Source: Myxococcota bacterium (GTDB taxonomy: Bacteria > Myxococcota_A > UBA796 > SXON01). Taken from it: 34,715 nt of DNA. The stretch lies in the NCBI GenBank assembly GCA_040386535.1, contig JAZKFH010000030.1, positions 1-34,715 on the forward strand. The letters are read 5' to 3'. Shown one piece after another: positions 1-9,732 of this stretch. The position numbers were made by a program, and so were the translations under genes. Within the stretch, counting starts at the first letter, position 1. Each line of letters opens with the position of its first letter. Under the pieces are notes generated by a model, which worked only from the letters and a program-made list of their open reading frames with translations, was not told the origin of the DNA and made no database searches.

Positions 1-54
1 TCTACCGGTGGGCAGGACTGGGATTGGAGTGGGTGGAATTGATGGGACGGGACA
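1..54. mobile_element. Possible terminus of an IS-like element inserted into the DyP gene
   Basis: Nt 1-54 end in ...AATTGATGGGACGGGACA (reverse complement TGTCCCGTCCCATCAATT), a TGT...ACA-type end. They abut the DyP RRGTAYG codons where (HR)(M/I)IRRG is expected. In-frame codons here (act, att, gga, ggt) break the gene's GC3 bias. Only 54 nt are visible. Confidence 0.3.
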
Positions 55-394
55 CCGTCGGGGGACCGCCTACGGCTCCGAGCTCCCGGAAGGTGTGCTC
101 GAGGACGACGGCGCCGACCGTGGGCTCATGTTCGCCTTCGTCGGGGCGCACCTCGGCCGCCAGTTCGAGTTCGTGCAGTCCGAGTGGGTACAGGGGGGCG
201 ATTTTCTTGGGCTCGGCAACGTGAAGGATCCCCTCGTCGGCGCCAACGACGGCAGCGGGACCTTCTCCATCCCGACACGGCCCATCCCGCGGCGCCTGAC
301 GGGCCTGTCGCAGTTCGTCGTCACACGCGGCGGCGAGTATGCGTTCATGCCCGGCCTCGGGGCGCTCCGCTGGCTGGCGGACCTGCGGACGTGA
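55..394 (+). pseudogene. 3' portion of a DyP-type (dye-decolorizing) peroxidase, probably interrupted
   Basis: RRGTAYG...DDGADRGLMFAF...RQFEFVQSEW...DPLVG...FVVTRGGEYAFMPGLGALRWL is the typical DyP C-terminal block. Similarity stops abruptly just upstream of RRG. Confidence 0.75.
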
Positions 395-424
395 GCGGGC
401 GCTCGTCGACGAAGCCAGCCGCCC

Positions 425-2731
425 CTACGGCACCGCGTCATGCACGAACGCCCGTGCGTCCGCGTAGATGGGGCCGTCGCCGTAGAGCATGCGGTAGGTC
501 AGCCACGTGGACATGACGCGCTTGACGTAGTGACGGGTCTCGCGGAAGGAGATGGTCTCGACGATGAGATCGGTCGGGGCGTCGGGGCGCGCGGCGAGCC
601 AGCGGTCGGCGTTGCCCTCGCCCGCGTTGTAGCCGGCGAGCGCCAGCGCACTGTTGCCCTTGTAGCGGGTGTGCAGGGTGTCGAGGTACCAGGCGCCGAT
701 CTTGAGGTTGGTCGGTACGTCCCAGATGTTGGTCGAGCTGTACGACACGCCCATGCGCTTGGCGCAACCCGACGCGGTGCCGGGCATAAGCTGGGACAGG
801 CCACACGCGCCGGCGTGGCTCTTGATCTTTGGGTTGAAGTTGGACTCTTCGCGCACCAGGGCGTGGAAAACGCGGGCGTCCCAACTGAAGCTGCCGGCGG
901 CCGCCTGCACGTCGTCCCAGTAGCGGTTGGGGTAGGCCTGGCGGAGCACCTTGTAGGGGTTGGGGCCGAGCACGTCGGGCGGGTGGTTCTTGAGCCAGGC
1001 GCGGAGCCGATCGTGGGCGTACAGGAAGCTGCCCGAGTCGGTCATCAGGCCCGTGAGGATGGCCATCTCGGCGCCGGTGAGCTCCTCGTCGTCGAGGGTG
1101 TTCAGCTCGGTCAGCGCGTCGGTGACGAGGCCGACGCGGGCGAGGCCCATCGCGTTCTGGACGGCGGGGCGCGCACGGAAGCTGTCGCGGACCTGCCAGG
1201 GCGCGTCGTCCGCGTCCATGACCGGGCGGGTGAGCGCCGCGGCGCGCTCGGGGGCGAGCTCGGCGAGGCGCGCGGAGGCGAGCAGGCCGTAGTAGTGCCA
1301 GGGGGCGTCCGTCGCGACGCGCGCGAGCCCGTCGATGGCCGCCTGGAGCGCCGCGGGGTCGGCGGTGCGCTTCTTGGTGTCCGTGATCGAGGGCCACGCG
1401 CGCCAGCGGGCGCCCCAGTAGCGGGCCGCGAGCACGTCCGTGGGCGAGGCGGAGAGCGGAAGCTCGGCCGAGGCGCGGTCGGCCCAGCGGATGGCCTCGG
1501 GGGTGTCGCCGTCGAGGAAGGCGCCGAACGCGAGGCGCCACGCGCTCTCCGCGGCGAGATCGCCCTCGGGACGGGCGTCGTAGCCCTTCGCCCACAGGCG
1601 GCGCGCCCCCGCTAGGTCGCCCGCTTCCTGCATGGCGACGCCGCCGAGCGCGTACCCGTCGTCCGCCATCGAGTGCGCCGGGTAGTGCTGGGGGATCTGG
1701 GCGTACATGCTGGCCGCCGCGCCCCACTCCTTCTTGCGCTCGAGCGACTTGCCCGCGACGTAGAGCGCCTTGGCGCCGCGATCGTCGTCCTTGCCGACAC
1801 AACCGGCGCCGAGCGGCCCGAGCACGTCGGCGGCGATCGTGATGTTGGAGAGCTTGTGCTGCGCGCGGCCGTACGCGTAGCGGTAACGACAGGCGACGGC
1901 GTCCTTCGTGCCGACCTCGGCGAGGCGCGGGCCGAGGAGCGCGGTGGCGCCGGCGAAGTTGCCCATCTCCTGGAGGCGATCGCCACGGAAGGAGAGGTCC
2001 TCGATCGAGGGCGGCGGCATCGAGGCGGCGGCGGCCTTGTCCTCGGCGCTGCCCGGGTAGCTGCGGTAGAGCCGGCGCAGGTACTCGAGCCCGTCGGGCG
2101 AGGTGACGCCGACCTTCTGCGCGAGCGCCCAGAGCGCGATCGACGAGCCGGGGGCGGGGTCGGGCCGCCCGATGAGGGAGAGGTACACCGCGCGCGACTC
2201 CGACGTACGCTCGGCCTTGCGATACGCCTCGGCGAGCGCGAGCGCGGCGCGCACCTGGATGGGGCCGTCCTCCGGGAGCTTCTCGAGCGCGGTGATCGCC
2301 TCGACGGGCTTGCCGTCGGCGAGGAGCAGCTCGCCCACCATCAGCTGCACGTAGGCGGCAGGCGCGTTGACGGCGGCGCGCACAGGCTCCAGGAGGGTGA
2401 CGGCCTCCTTGGCGCGGTCCAGGCGGTCGAGTGTCCACGCCAGGACGAACGCGTGATCGCCCGTGAGGTTGCCGGGGAGCGTGCTGCGGTCGACCTTCTG
2501 GAGGAGCGGCAGCGCCGTGGCCCACTCGCGCGACGCGAGCGCGGTGGCGAGCTCCGGCGAATACGGCAGCGCCGACTTGAACGCGGTCGGCGCGAGCGTC
2601 GTGAACGGGCCGACCGGGGCCCGCGAGATCGCGACGGCGGGCAAGGACGCGGCGGCGCCGGCGGTGGTCGCGGCGGGCGGCGCGGGGGACTCCGCGAACG
2701 CGCCGGGGAGGAGGGCGAGGAGCAGCAGCAC
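425..2731 (-). CDS. Slt70-like soluble lytic transglycosylase with TPR-like helical N-terminal region
   Basis: SLT motifs: VREESNFNP (catalytic Glu), SHAGACGLSQLMPGTA, ALAGYNAG, ETRHYVKRV. Start moved from 2968 to the in-frame GTG at 2731, which gives the signal peptide VLLLLALLPGAFA. Confidence 0.93.
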   Translation of the reverse strand: MLLLLALLPGAFAESPAPPAATTAGAAASLPAVAISRAPVGPFTTLAPTAFKSALPYSPELATALASREWATALPLLQKVDRSTLPGNLTGDHAFVLAWTLDRLDRAKEAVTLLEPVRAAVNAPAAYVQLMVGELLLADGKPVEAITALEKLPEDGPIQVRAALALAEAYRKAERTSESRAVYLSLIGRPDPAPGSSIALWALAQKVGVTSPDGLEYLRRLYRSYPGSAEDKAAAASMPPPSIEDLSFRGDRLQEMGNFAGATALLGPRLAEVGTKDAVACRYRYAYGRAQHKLSNITIAADVLGPLGAGCVGKDDDRGAKALYVAGKSLERKKEWGAAASMYAQIPQHYPAHSMADDGYALGGVAMQEAGDLAGARRLWAKGYDARPEGDLAAESAWRLAFGAFLDGDTPEAIRWADRASAELPLSASPTDVLAARYWGARWRAWPSITDTKKRTADPAALQAAIDGLARVATDAPWHYYGLLASARLAELAPERAAALTRPVMDADDAPWQVRDSFRARPAVQNAMGLARVGLVTDALTELNTLDDEELTGAEMAILTGLMTDSGSFLYAHDRLRAWLKNHPPDVLGPNPYKVLRQAYPNRYWDDVQAAAGSFSWDARVFHALVREESNFNPKIKSHAGACGLSQLMPGTASGCAKRMGVSYSSTNIWDVPTNLKIGAWYLDTLHTRYKGNSALALAGYNAGEGNADRWLAARPDAPTDLIVETISFRETRHYVKRVMSTWLTYRMLYGDGPIYADARAFVHDAVP

Positions 2732-2917
2732 GGGGAGGTCCTGGGCGGGCAGGGAGGCGGGAATCTCGTGCTTAACGTACGACGGGCCGGACTCTTCCTC
2801 GGCGCTGCAACTTGACGTGACAAGGGCGGTGGAGGTCGAGGCACGGAGGCAGGGGCAGACGGACGGCGGAGGACCGCCGCCGCTGCGGAGGCGGGGCGGG
2901 CGGGGCGGGGCAGGGGG

Positions 2918-3014
2918 CCGGCGTCCCACCGGCACCTGGCGGTCAGGTCCCGAGTTGTGGGACTCCACGTCCCGTAAGTGGCCACCTGGCGGTCAGGTCC
3001 GGCGTTGCTGGAAA
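2918..3014. repeat. Two degenerate 50-bp-period palindromic (REP-like) units
   Basis: CACCTGGCGGTCAGGTCC occurs at 2933 and 2983 (period 50). Nt 2968-3014 aligns without gaps to the reverse complement of the unit at 12276-12322. Confidence 0.7.
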
Positions 3015-3151
3015 CGGCGCGCGCCAGGCGCCTGGAAGGCGGCCGGCTCGGCGGCCGGTCCCCGCCCGTCGCGGGCGGGACCAAGGCGCTCGCGCCGCGC
3101 CTGGAAGGGGCCGACGGCGCCGCGTCCGCGCGGCGCCGGGGCGCCCGAGTG

Positions 3152-4621
3152 TCACGGAGCCGGCCGCGCCCCCGCCAACGGATCCGCGGGATCGACCGCC
3201 GCGACCTCGACCACCGCGCCGAGCAGCACGCGCAGGCCGTTGCGGAGGTTCTCGACGGAGATGTGCTCGCCGTGGCCGTGCTGGGTCTCGGCCTGCTCGA
3301 CCGTGACCTCGAACGGGGCGAGGCCGTACGCGCGCACGCCGAGGGGGCGAAGGATGAGCGAGTCGGTGAAGCCGATGGACAGCGCGGGGCCGGCGACGGC
3401 GTCGGTGCGGCCGGCGACGACGTGACGCGCGAGTGCTCGGTAGAAGGGGTCGTCGGTGGGGCTCTCGTTGGCCTCGCGCTGTTGGAGCACGTCGAAGCGC
3501 ACGAGCGGGTCGGGCACGAGCGCGCGGAGGCGGGCGAGCATGGCGGCGGGGGTGGTGCCGGGGAGGAGGCGGCAGTCGAGGTTGGCGAACACCTCGGAGG
3601 GCACGACGTTGGGCGCGAGGACGCCCCCTCCGGGCGCGCCGTAGCCGGTGACGTTGAGGGTGTCGGTGAGCAGCGCGCGGCCGGCGTTCTGGGCGAGGAG
3701 GCGGCCGAAGATCAGGCGCGGATGGCGCAGCGCGTAGCGGTACAAACCCTTGCGCGTGCCGCCGACGTTCCAGAAGAGCTCGCGCAAGGCACCGTGCATC
3801 GAGGGCTTGGGTTTGTAGGCGTTGAGCGCCTCGACGGCGCGCCCTAGCCTGGCGGGGGCGGACTCCGGGTTGGGGTTGGAGCCGTGGCCGGCGGGCCCGG
3901 TCGCGACCATGCGCACCCAGAGGAGGCCCTTCTCGGCGACGGAGATGCCGAACACGGTCTGCCCCTCGAAGAGCAGGTTCTTGATGCCGAGCCCGCCCTC
4001 GTTGATGACCTGGGAGCACCCGATGCTCGGCCAGTGCTTCTCCGCGATCTCGATCATGCCGGTGTTGTCGACCTCCTCGTCGGCCACGGCGAGCAGGATC
4101 ACGTCACGACGCAGCGGCACGCCCAGGCGCGCGAGCTCGATCATCGTCATGGCCTGCACCGCGCCCAGGCCCTTCATGTCGAGGGCGCCGCGGCCCCACA
4201 CGATGCCGTCTTCGATCGTGCCGGACAGCGGCCCCTTTCCCTCGGGCCAACGCGCGGCCTCGGCGCTCGCGACGTCGAGGTGGGAGAGCAGGCACAACGG
4301 CGGCTCGGTGTTGGCGCCGTCCAGCCGTGCGACCAGCGAGGTGCGGCCGGGGGCGTGCTCGATCTGGACCGACGGGATGCCGGCCGCTGCGAGGCGCGCC
4401 GCGAGGAAATCGGCGCCACGCTGCTCGTTGCCGGCGGGGTTGGTCGTGTCGACGCGGATGTAGTCGGAGAGGAGGCGGGCGGTCTCGTCGCCGGCGGCGG
4501 TCCAGTCGATGGGGAGGACCGGGATCAGGGCGGCGCTCGCCGAAACCCTGCCGGAAGGAGCAGCAGACGCGACGGACGCGGCCAACAGCAACGAGGAGGC
4601 GAGGAGCAAGCGGGCGAGCAT
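3152..4621 (-). CDS. Secreted M20/M25/M40 family metallo-hydrolase (ArgE/DapE-like peptidase)
   Basis: Motifs DTTNPAGNE, LLSHLDV, WGRGALDMKG, ADEE, NEGG, GHGS, GFTDS and HGHGEHI. N-terminal signal peptide. Confidence 0.93.
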   Translation of the reverse strand: MLARLLLASSLLLAASVASAAPSGRVSASAALIPVLPIDWTAAGDETARLLSDYIRVDTTNPAGNEQRGADFLAARLAAAGIPSVQIEHAPGRTSLVARLDGANTEPPLCLLSHLDVASAEAARWPEGKGPLSGTIEDGIVWGRGALDMKGLGAVQAMTMIELARLGVPLRRDVILLAVADEEVDNTGMIEIAEKHWPSIGCSQVINEGGLGIKNLLFEGQTVFGISVAEKGLLWVRMVATGPAGHGSNPNPESAPARLGRAVEALNAYKPKPSMHGALRELFWNVGGTRKGLYRYALRHPRLIFGRLLAQNAGRALLTDTLNVTGYGAPGGGVLAPNVVPSEVFANLDCRLLPGTTPAAMLARLRALVPDPLVRFDVLQQREANESPTDDPFYRALARHVVAGRTDAVAGPALSIGFTDSLILRPLGVRAYGLAPFEVTVEQAETQHGHGEHISVENLRNGLRVLLGAVVEVAAVDPADPLAGARPAP

Positions 4622-4657
4622 CCGGCGCGTGTATCGCGAGCGGTCGCCCGTGGAGCG

Positions 4658-7183
4658 CTACTCCCCGCCCAGCCCGTCCCAGACGTAGATGGCGCCCTCC
4701 CGGACGGCGAGGGCGTCGTCGTAGGGGTCGCCCACGATCACGTCGGGCGTGCCGTCTCCCGTCACGTCCCCCGCCCGGTCGGGCAGGGTCTGGCCGAAGT
4801 AGCGCCCCGTGCTCGCGCCCGTGAACAGGACATCGGCGGTGAAGGCCGGGATCGAGCCGCTGACGGGCCCGTACCAGAGGGCGGCGGCGCCCCAGTCGTT
4901 GAACGGTGCTTCCCCGGACGAGCCGACCAGGAGGTCATTGACTCCGTCCCCGTCGAGATCGCCCGGGGAGCAGGCTTCGTCGCCGAAGTCCGTGGCCCTG
5001 GAGCCTCCGTAGAGCGTCGCCACCGCGGAAGTGGAGAGGAGCGCGCCACCGCCGTACACGTACAACGAGCCGTTGCCGTCAGAGCCTTCGCCATACACCC
5101 CCGCGTCTCCGTAGCCGTCATCCGTCACGTCGGTGAGGTCGTAGACGCCCATCCCGGCGGCGTCGCGGGCGGAGCTCCCGGTGTACGTGGCGTCCGCCGC
5201 GCTTGCCGACAGGGTGCCGGCGAGCGGCGCCGCGCCGCCGAGGAAGAGGTACGCCGCGCCGGGAGCGTTGTACTGGGCGGAGCCGAGGAGCAGCTCGTCG
5301 TTCCCGTCGCCATCCATGTCGCTCACGAACGAGACCGAGTACCCGAGCATCGCGGAGGCGGCGGCACCCTGGATGACCGCGTCCTCGGCCCCTGGGGCGC
5401 TGACACCCGACCGCCGCGTGGCCGACCCGTAGTACAGGTACGCGGCGCCCGCCGTGTTCGCCGCCCCGTCGTTGCCGTACGCACCGACCACGAGCTCCTC
5501 GGTGCCGTCCCCGTCGAGGTCCCCGCCCGCGGCGACGCTGTAGGCGAAGGCGTCGGCCGGCGCGACGCCGGTGAACGAAGCGACCTCCGGGGTCGACGCG
5601 ATCTCGCCCGAGGACACGCGGCTGCCGCCGTAGACGAGGTAGGCCGCGCCGACCCCGAAGTTGATGCCGTGCGCGCCGACGAGGAGCTCGTCGGCCCCGT
5701 CGCCGTCGTGGTCGCCCGCGGACAGGGCGTAGCCGACGTACGACGAGGAGTTGGACACACTCCCGGTGAGGACGGCGTCTCCGGTGGCCGTGGCGGTCCC
5801 GGACGCGCCGAGCGGTCCGTACCACACCGTCGCCGCGCCCGCGGTGCTGGACGGAACGTCGTAATGGTACATCCCGCCGGACAGGTCTCCCACGCCGTCC
5901 CCGTCGAAGTCCCCGACGGCGAGGGCGCTGCCCATCTGGTCGCTGGTGGTCGGGCCGGTCAGGCGGTAGTCGGCGGTGTCCGCGGCGTAGGTCGCGTCGA
6001 GCGAGCACTCCCCGAGATCGCCCGCGCAGTCGTTGTCGATGCCGTCCCCACACACCTCGGCGAGCGTCGGTGCCGCGAGCGGCTCGGCGTCGTCGCAGTC
6101 GTCGCGGCTCGTGGTGTACCCGGCGGGCGCCCAGCACGACATCGTCGACACGGACGCGTCGCCGGAGCCGTCGCCGTCGGCGTCCGCGTACCAGGCCGAG
6201 CCCACGCCTTCGTCGGTGGCGCCGTCACAATCGTCGTCCACCCGGTTGCAGGACTCCGCGCCCGCCGGCGAGACCGTCGCGTTCGTGTCATCACAGTCGG
6301 TCGGGTCGACCGCGAGGCCCGCCTCGCCTGGGTCGGTGCAGTCGGCGTCGGCGGACGCGACGGTGTCGGTCCCGGTGGGCCGATAGCCATCTCCGTCCCC
6401 GTCCGTGTAGCAGGACTCGCCACCGTCACAGTCGTCATCGTCGTCGTTGCCGACCGTCTCGGGCGCGCCGGGGTGGTCGGCGGCGTCGGCGTCGTCACAG
6501 TCCTCCGCGTTCGCCACCATCCCTGCCGGGGCCTCGCACGCGTCGAGCGTGGAGGCGGCGGACCCGTAGCTGTCGCTGTCGGCGTCGACGTACCAGGTTG
6601 TCCGGCTGCCGGGGGAGACGCTCGTGTCGGCGTCGTCCGCCGCGCCGTCACAATCTTCGTCGCGGTCCTCCGTGTCACACAACTCGAGTTGGTCCGGGCT
6701 CCTCGCCGCGTCGGCGTCGTCGCAGTCCTCGCACGCGGGCGTGCCGTCCCCGTCGGCGTCCGCGTAGCCCACCGAGCCGTCGCAGTTGGAGTCGACCGTC
6801 TCGGCGCACGACTCCTCGGCGCCGGGAAAGACCGTGGCGTCCGCGTCGTCGCAGTCCCCGTCCTCCGCCAGGAACCCGGCCGGCGCGGTGCACGCCACGA
6901 CGGTGAGGGCGCCGCCGAACCCGTCCCCGTCGGCGTCGCCGTACCAGGTGGGCGTGTCGGCCGCGTCCACGCCGTCGTCCGCGACGCCGTCGCAGTCGTC
7001 GTCCACGGCGTTGCAGGTCTCCACCGCGCCGGGAAACACGTCGGGGTCCTCGTCGTCACAGTCCTCGGACGCGAGGTGCCCGTCGCCATCCCCGTCGGGG
7101 TCGGGGGGGGCGGTGTCCTCGACGTCGAACTCGATGCTCCGGGTGCAGGCGACGAGGAGCAGGAGCAGGGAAGCGCGGATCAT
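4658..7183 (-). CDS. Lipoprotein with multiple 'putative metal-binding motif' (MopE-related, DCDD...PGA.E.C...DDDCDG) repeats and a C-terminal FG-GAP/integrin-like beta-propeller
   Basis: Lipobox LLLVAC. Repeated DCDD/DDDCDG/WY.DADGDG motifs, then about seven GD.DGDG..(D/E)L.(V/I)G FG-GAP repeats. Confidence 0.88.
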   Translation of the reverse strand: MIRASLLLLLVACTRSIEFDVEDTAPPDPDGDGDGHLASEDCDDEDPDVFPGAVETCNAVDDDCDGVADDGVDAADTPTWYGDADGDGFGGALTVVACTAPAGFLAEDGDCDDADATVFPGAEESCAETVDSNCDGSVGYADADGDGTPACEDCDDADAARSPDQLELCDTEDRDEDCDGAADDADTSVSPGSRTTWYVDADSDSYGSAASTLDACEAPAGMVANAEDCDDADAADHPGAPETVGNDDDDDCDGGESCYTDGDGDGYRPTGTDTVASADADCTDPGEAGLAVDPTDCDDTNATVSPAGAESCNRVDDDCDGATDEGVGSAWYADADGDGSGDASVSTMSCWAPAGYTTSRDDCDDAEPLAAPTLAEVCGDGIDNDCAGDLGECSLDATYAADTADYRLTGPTTSDQMGSALAVGDFDGDGVGDLSGGMYHYDVPSSTAGAATVWYGPLGASGTATATGDAVLTGSVSNSSSYVGYALSAGDHDGDGADELLVGAHGINFGVGAAYLVYGGSRVSSGEIASTPEVASFTGVAPADAFAYSVAAGGDLDGDGTEELVVGAYGNDGAANTAGAAYLYYGSATRRSGVSAPGAEDAVIQGAAASAMLGYSVSFVSDMDGDGNDELLLGSAQYNAPGAAYLFLGGAAPLAGTLSASAADATYTGSSARDAAGMGVYDLTDVTDDGYGDAGVYGEGSDGNGSLYVYGGGALLSTSAVATLYGGSRATDFGDEACSPGDLDGDGVNDLLVGSSGEAPFNDWGAAALWYGPVSGSIPAFTADVLFTGASTGRYFGQTLPDRAGDVTGDGTPDVIVGDPYDDALAVREGAIYVWDGLGGE

Positions 7184-7227
7184 GGGGTCTCCGAAAGGCG
7201 GGGAAGGCGGGCAGGGCAGTCGCGACG

Positions 7228-9732
7228 CTACTCGCCGCCCAGCCCGGCCCAGAGGTAGACGGCGCCGGCGTTGCGGTCGTACAGGTCGCTCCCGTAGTCG
7301 CCGATGACGATGTCCGGGGTGCCGTCACCCGTCACGTCGCCGGCCCGCGCGGGCAGACCACGACCGAAGTACCCGAAGTCGGTCGCGCTCAGGAACACGA
7401 CGTCGGACGTGGAGGCCGCCAGGGAGCCGCTCACCGGGCCGAACCAGAGGGAGGAGGCGCCGTCGGCGGGATCCGCGCGCTCGTCGCCCGTGGCGCTCAC
7501 GAGGAGATCGTTCGTCCCGTCGCCGTCGAGGTCACCCGGAGAGGTGGCGGCGACGCCGAACGCGTCGGACTCGGCGTCTCCGTAGAGGGTCGCCACCGCG
7601 GTGGTGGAGAGGCTCGCACCGCCCCCGAACACCCACAACACGCCGGTGCTGCTGTCGTATCCGGAGCCGTACACGCCCGCGTCGCCGTAGCCGTCTCCCG
7701 TCACGTCGGTCAGGCCGTAGACAGCGGCGCCGGCGTGGTCGAAGGAGGAGGTCCGGCCCCGGTACGTGGCGTCCGCCGTGCTCGCGGACATCGTGCCCGA
7801 GAGGGGCGTCGTGCTCCCCAGGAAGAGGTATGCCGCGCCAGCGGTCTCCTCCTGGAGGGCGCCGAGGAGGAGCTCGTCCAGCCCGTCTCCGTCCATGTCG
7901 CGCACGAACGACACGGCCCCGCCCAGGAAGGCGCTGGCGGAGACCCCTTGCACCGTCGCGGCCGCGGCCTCCGCGGAGGTCGCGCCCGACCGCCGAGTGG
8001 CCGAGCCGTAGTAGAGGTACGCCGCTCCCGTTGAGGGGCCTGCGCCGCTGTTCGTCGGGGCGCCGAGCACGAGCTCCTCGGTCCCGTCGCCGTCCAGATC
8101 GCCGCCCGCGCCCACGCTGTAGGCGAGGTTGTCGCCGGCCACGACGCCCATGAAGGACGCCACCCCCGAGGTGGAGGAGATGTCGCCTGAGGCCAGGCGG
8201 CTGCCACCATAGATGAGCCAGGCCGCGCCGGCCGAGCCGCTCGTCGAGGAGTTCCCGTACGTGTTGGCGAAGAGGTCGTCGGCGCCGTCGCCGTCGTGGT
8301 CCCCAGCGACGACGACGCCGCCGAAGTACATCGAGTAGTCGTAGCCGGTGACGACCGCGTGCGCCGAATCCGTGGCGGGCCCGGAGGCGCCGAACGGCCC
8401 GTACCACACGGCCGCCGCGCCCGCGCTCCGCAGGGGGCTGGAGTAGCCCTTCATCCCGATGGAGAGGTCGCCCGTGCCGTCCCCGTCGAAGTCGCCGAGG
8501 GCGATGGCGGCGCCGAACCCGTCGCTGTCTTCGGTGCCGGTCAGACGGTAATCGGCGGTCCGGGCGCTGTACGACGCCGCGAGATCACACTCCCCGAGGT
8601 CGCCCGCGCAGTCGTTGTCGATGCCGTCCCCGCAGTCCTCGGCGAGCGTCGGCGCCGCGAGCGGCTCGGTGTCGTCACAATCGCCGCTGAGCGCGGCGTA
8701 CCCGGAGGGTGCCGAGCAGGCCTCGGTCGACGAGCTGGCGTCGCCGGATCCGTCGCCGTCCGTGTCGGCGTACCAGGTGGTCGTCAGCCCGTCGTCGATG
8801 ACGCCGTCACAGTCGTCGTCCACGAGGTTGCAGGACTCGGTGGCCGCCGGGGAGACCGTGGCGTTCGTGTCGTCGCAATCCGTCGCGTCCATCGCGGCGC
8901 TCGCCTCGCCCGCGTCGGCGCAGTCGGTGTCCGCGGAGGCGAAGGTGGTGCTCGTCGTGGACCGATACCCGTCGCGGTCGCCGTCGCGGTAGCAGAGCTC
9001 GCCGCCGTCACAGTCCTCGTCGTCGTCGTTGCCGACCGTCTCGGATGCGCCGGGATGGTCGTCGGCGTCGAGGTCGTCGCAGTCGTCCGCGTTCGCGACG
9101 AACCCGGCCGGGGACTCGCAGGAATCGACCGTGGAGGCGGCGGAGCCGTAGCTGTCGCTGTCGGCGTCGACGTACCAGGTGGACTTGCTGGCTGCGGACA
9201 CGCTCGTGTCGGCGTCGTCCGCCGCGCCGTCACAATCCTCGTCCCGATCGTCGGGGTCACACAACTCGGGTTGGTCGGGGCTCCTGGCCGCGTCGGTGTC
9301 GTCGCAGTCGTCGCACGCGGGCGTGCCGTCCCCATCGGCGTCCGCGTAGCCGACCGAGCCGTCACAGTTGGAGTCGACCGTCTCGTTACAGGACTCCTCG
9401 GCGCCGGGAAAACTCGTGGCGTCGGCGTCGTCACAGTCTCCGTCCACCGACACGAACCCCGCGGGCGCGGCGCACGCCGCTATCTGGACTGCGCCGCCGA
9501 ACCCGTCCCCGTCGGCATCTCCGTACCAGGTCGGCATGTCCGCGCCGTCGTCCACCACGCCGTCGCAGTCGTCGTCGACGAGGTTGCAAACCTCGACCGC
9601 GGCAGGGTGCACATCGGGGTTCTCGTCGTCACAGTCGGCCGGGATGGCGTGCCCGTCCCCGTCGAGATCGGCGGCAGCGGTGTCCTCGGCATCCGGGGTG
9701 CGGGTGCAGGCGGCGAGGAGGAGGAGGATCAT
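7228..9732 (-). CDS. Tandem paralog: metal-binding-motif repeat / FG-GAP lipoprotein
   Basis: Same architecture and GLGGE C-terminus as 4658..7183. ATG at 9732 gives the MILLLLAAC lipobox and overlaps the fecR-like stop codon (ATGA). Confidence 0.88.
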   Translation of the reverse strand: MILLLLAACTRTPDAEDTAAADLDGDGHAIPADCDDENPDVHPAAVEVCNLVDDDCDGVVDDGADMPTWYGDADGDGFGGAVQIAACAAPAGFVSVDGDCDDADATSFPGAEESCNETVDSNCDGSVGYADADGDGTPACDDCDDTDAARSPDQPELCDPDDRDEDCDGAADDADTSVSAASKSTWYVDADSDSYGSAASTVDSCESPAGFVANADDCDDLDADDHPGASETVGNDDDEDCDGGELCYRDGDRDGYRSTTSTTFASADTDCADAGEASAAMDATDCDDTNATVSPAATESCNLVDDDCDGVIDDGLTTTWYADTDGDGSGDASSSTEACSAPSGYAALSGDCDDTEPLAAPTLAEDCGDGIDNDCAGDLGECDLAASYSARTADYRLTGTEDSDGFGAAIALGDFDGDGTGDLSIGMKGYSSPLRSAGAAAVWYGPFGASGPATDSAHAVVTGYDYSMYFGGVVVAGDHDGDGADDLFANTYGNSSTSGSAGAAWLIYGGSRLASGDISSTSGVASFMGVVAGDNLAYSVGAGGDLDGDGTEELVLGAPTNSGAGPSTGAAYLYYGSATRRSGATSAEAAAATVQGVSASAFLGGAVSFVRDMDGDGLDELLLGALQEETAGAAYLFLGSTTPLSGTMSASTADATYRGRTSSFDHAGAAVYGLTDVTGDGYGDAGVYGSGYDSSTGVLWVFGGGASLSTTAVATLYGDAESDAFGVAATSPGDLDGDGTNDLLVSATGDERADPADGASSLWFGPVSGSLAASTSDVVFLSATDFGYFGRGLPARAGDVTGDGTPDIVIGDYGSDLYDRNAGAVYLWAGLGGE

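Noticed and set aside
2732..2968. N-terminal 79 aa of the Slt ORF
   Set aside because: Low-complexity read-through of intergenic and repeat DNA upstream of the signal-peptide start at 2731.
3057..3082. Intrinsic terminator after the M20 gene
   Set aside because: A GC hairpin (CCCGCCCG-TCG-CGGGCGGG) is present but has no U-tract, and such hairpins arise easily at this GC content.
3884..7258. 1124-aa plus-strand ORF, and similar long ORFs such as 8296..9747, 21663..24389, 24263..27634 and 16607..18973
   Set aside because: Antisense or shifted shadows of real genes, caused by stop-codon scarcity at high GC. They are Arg/Gly/Val-rich with no recognisable motifs.
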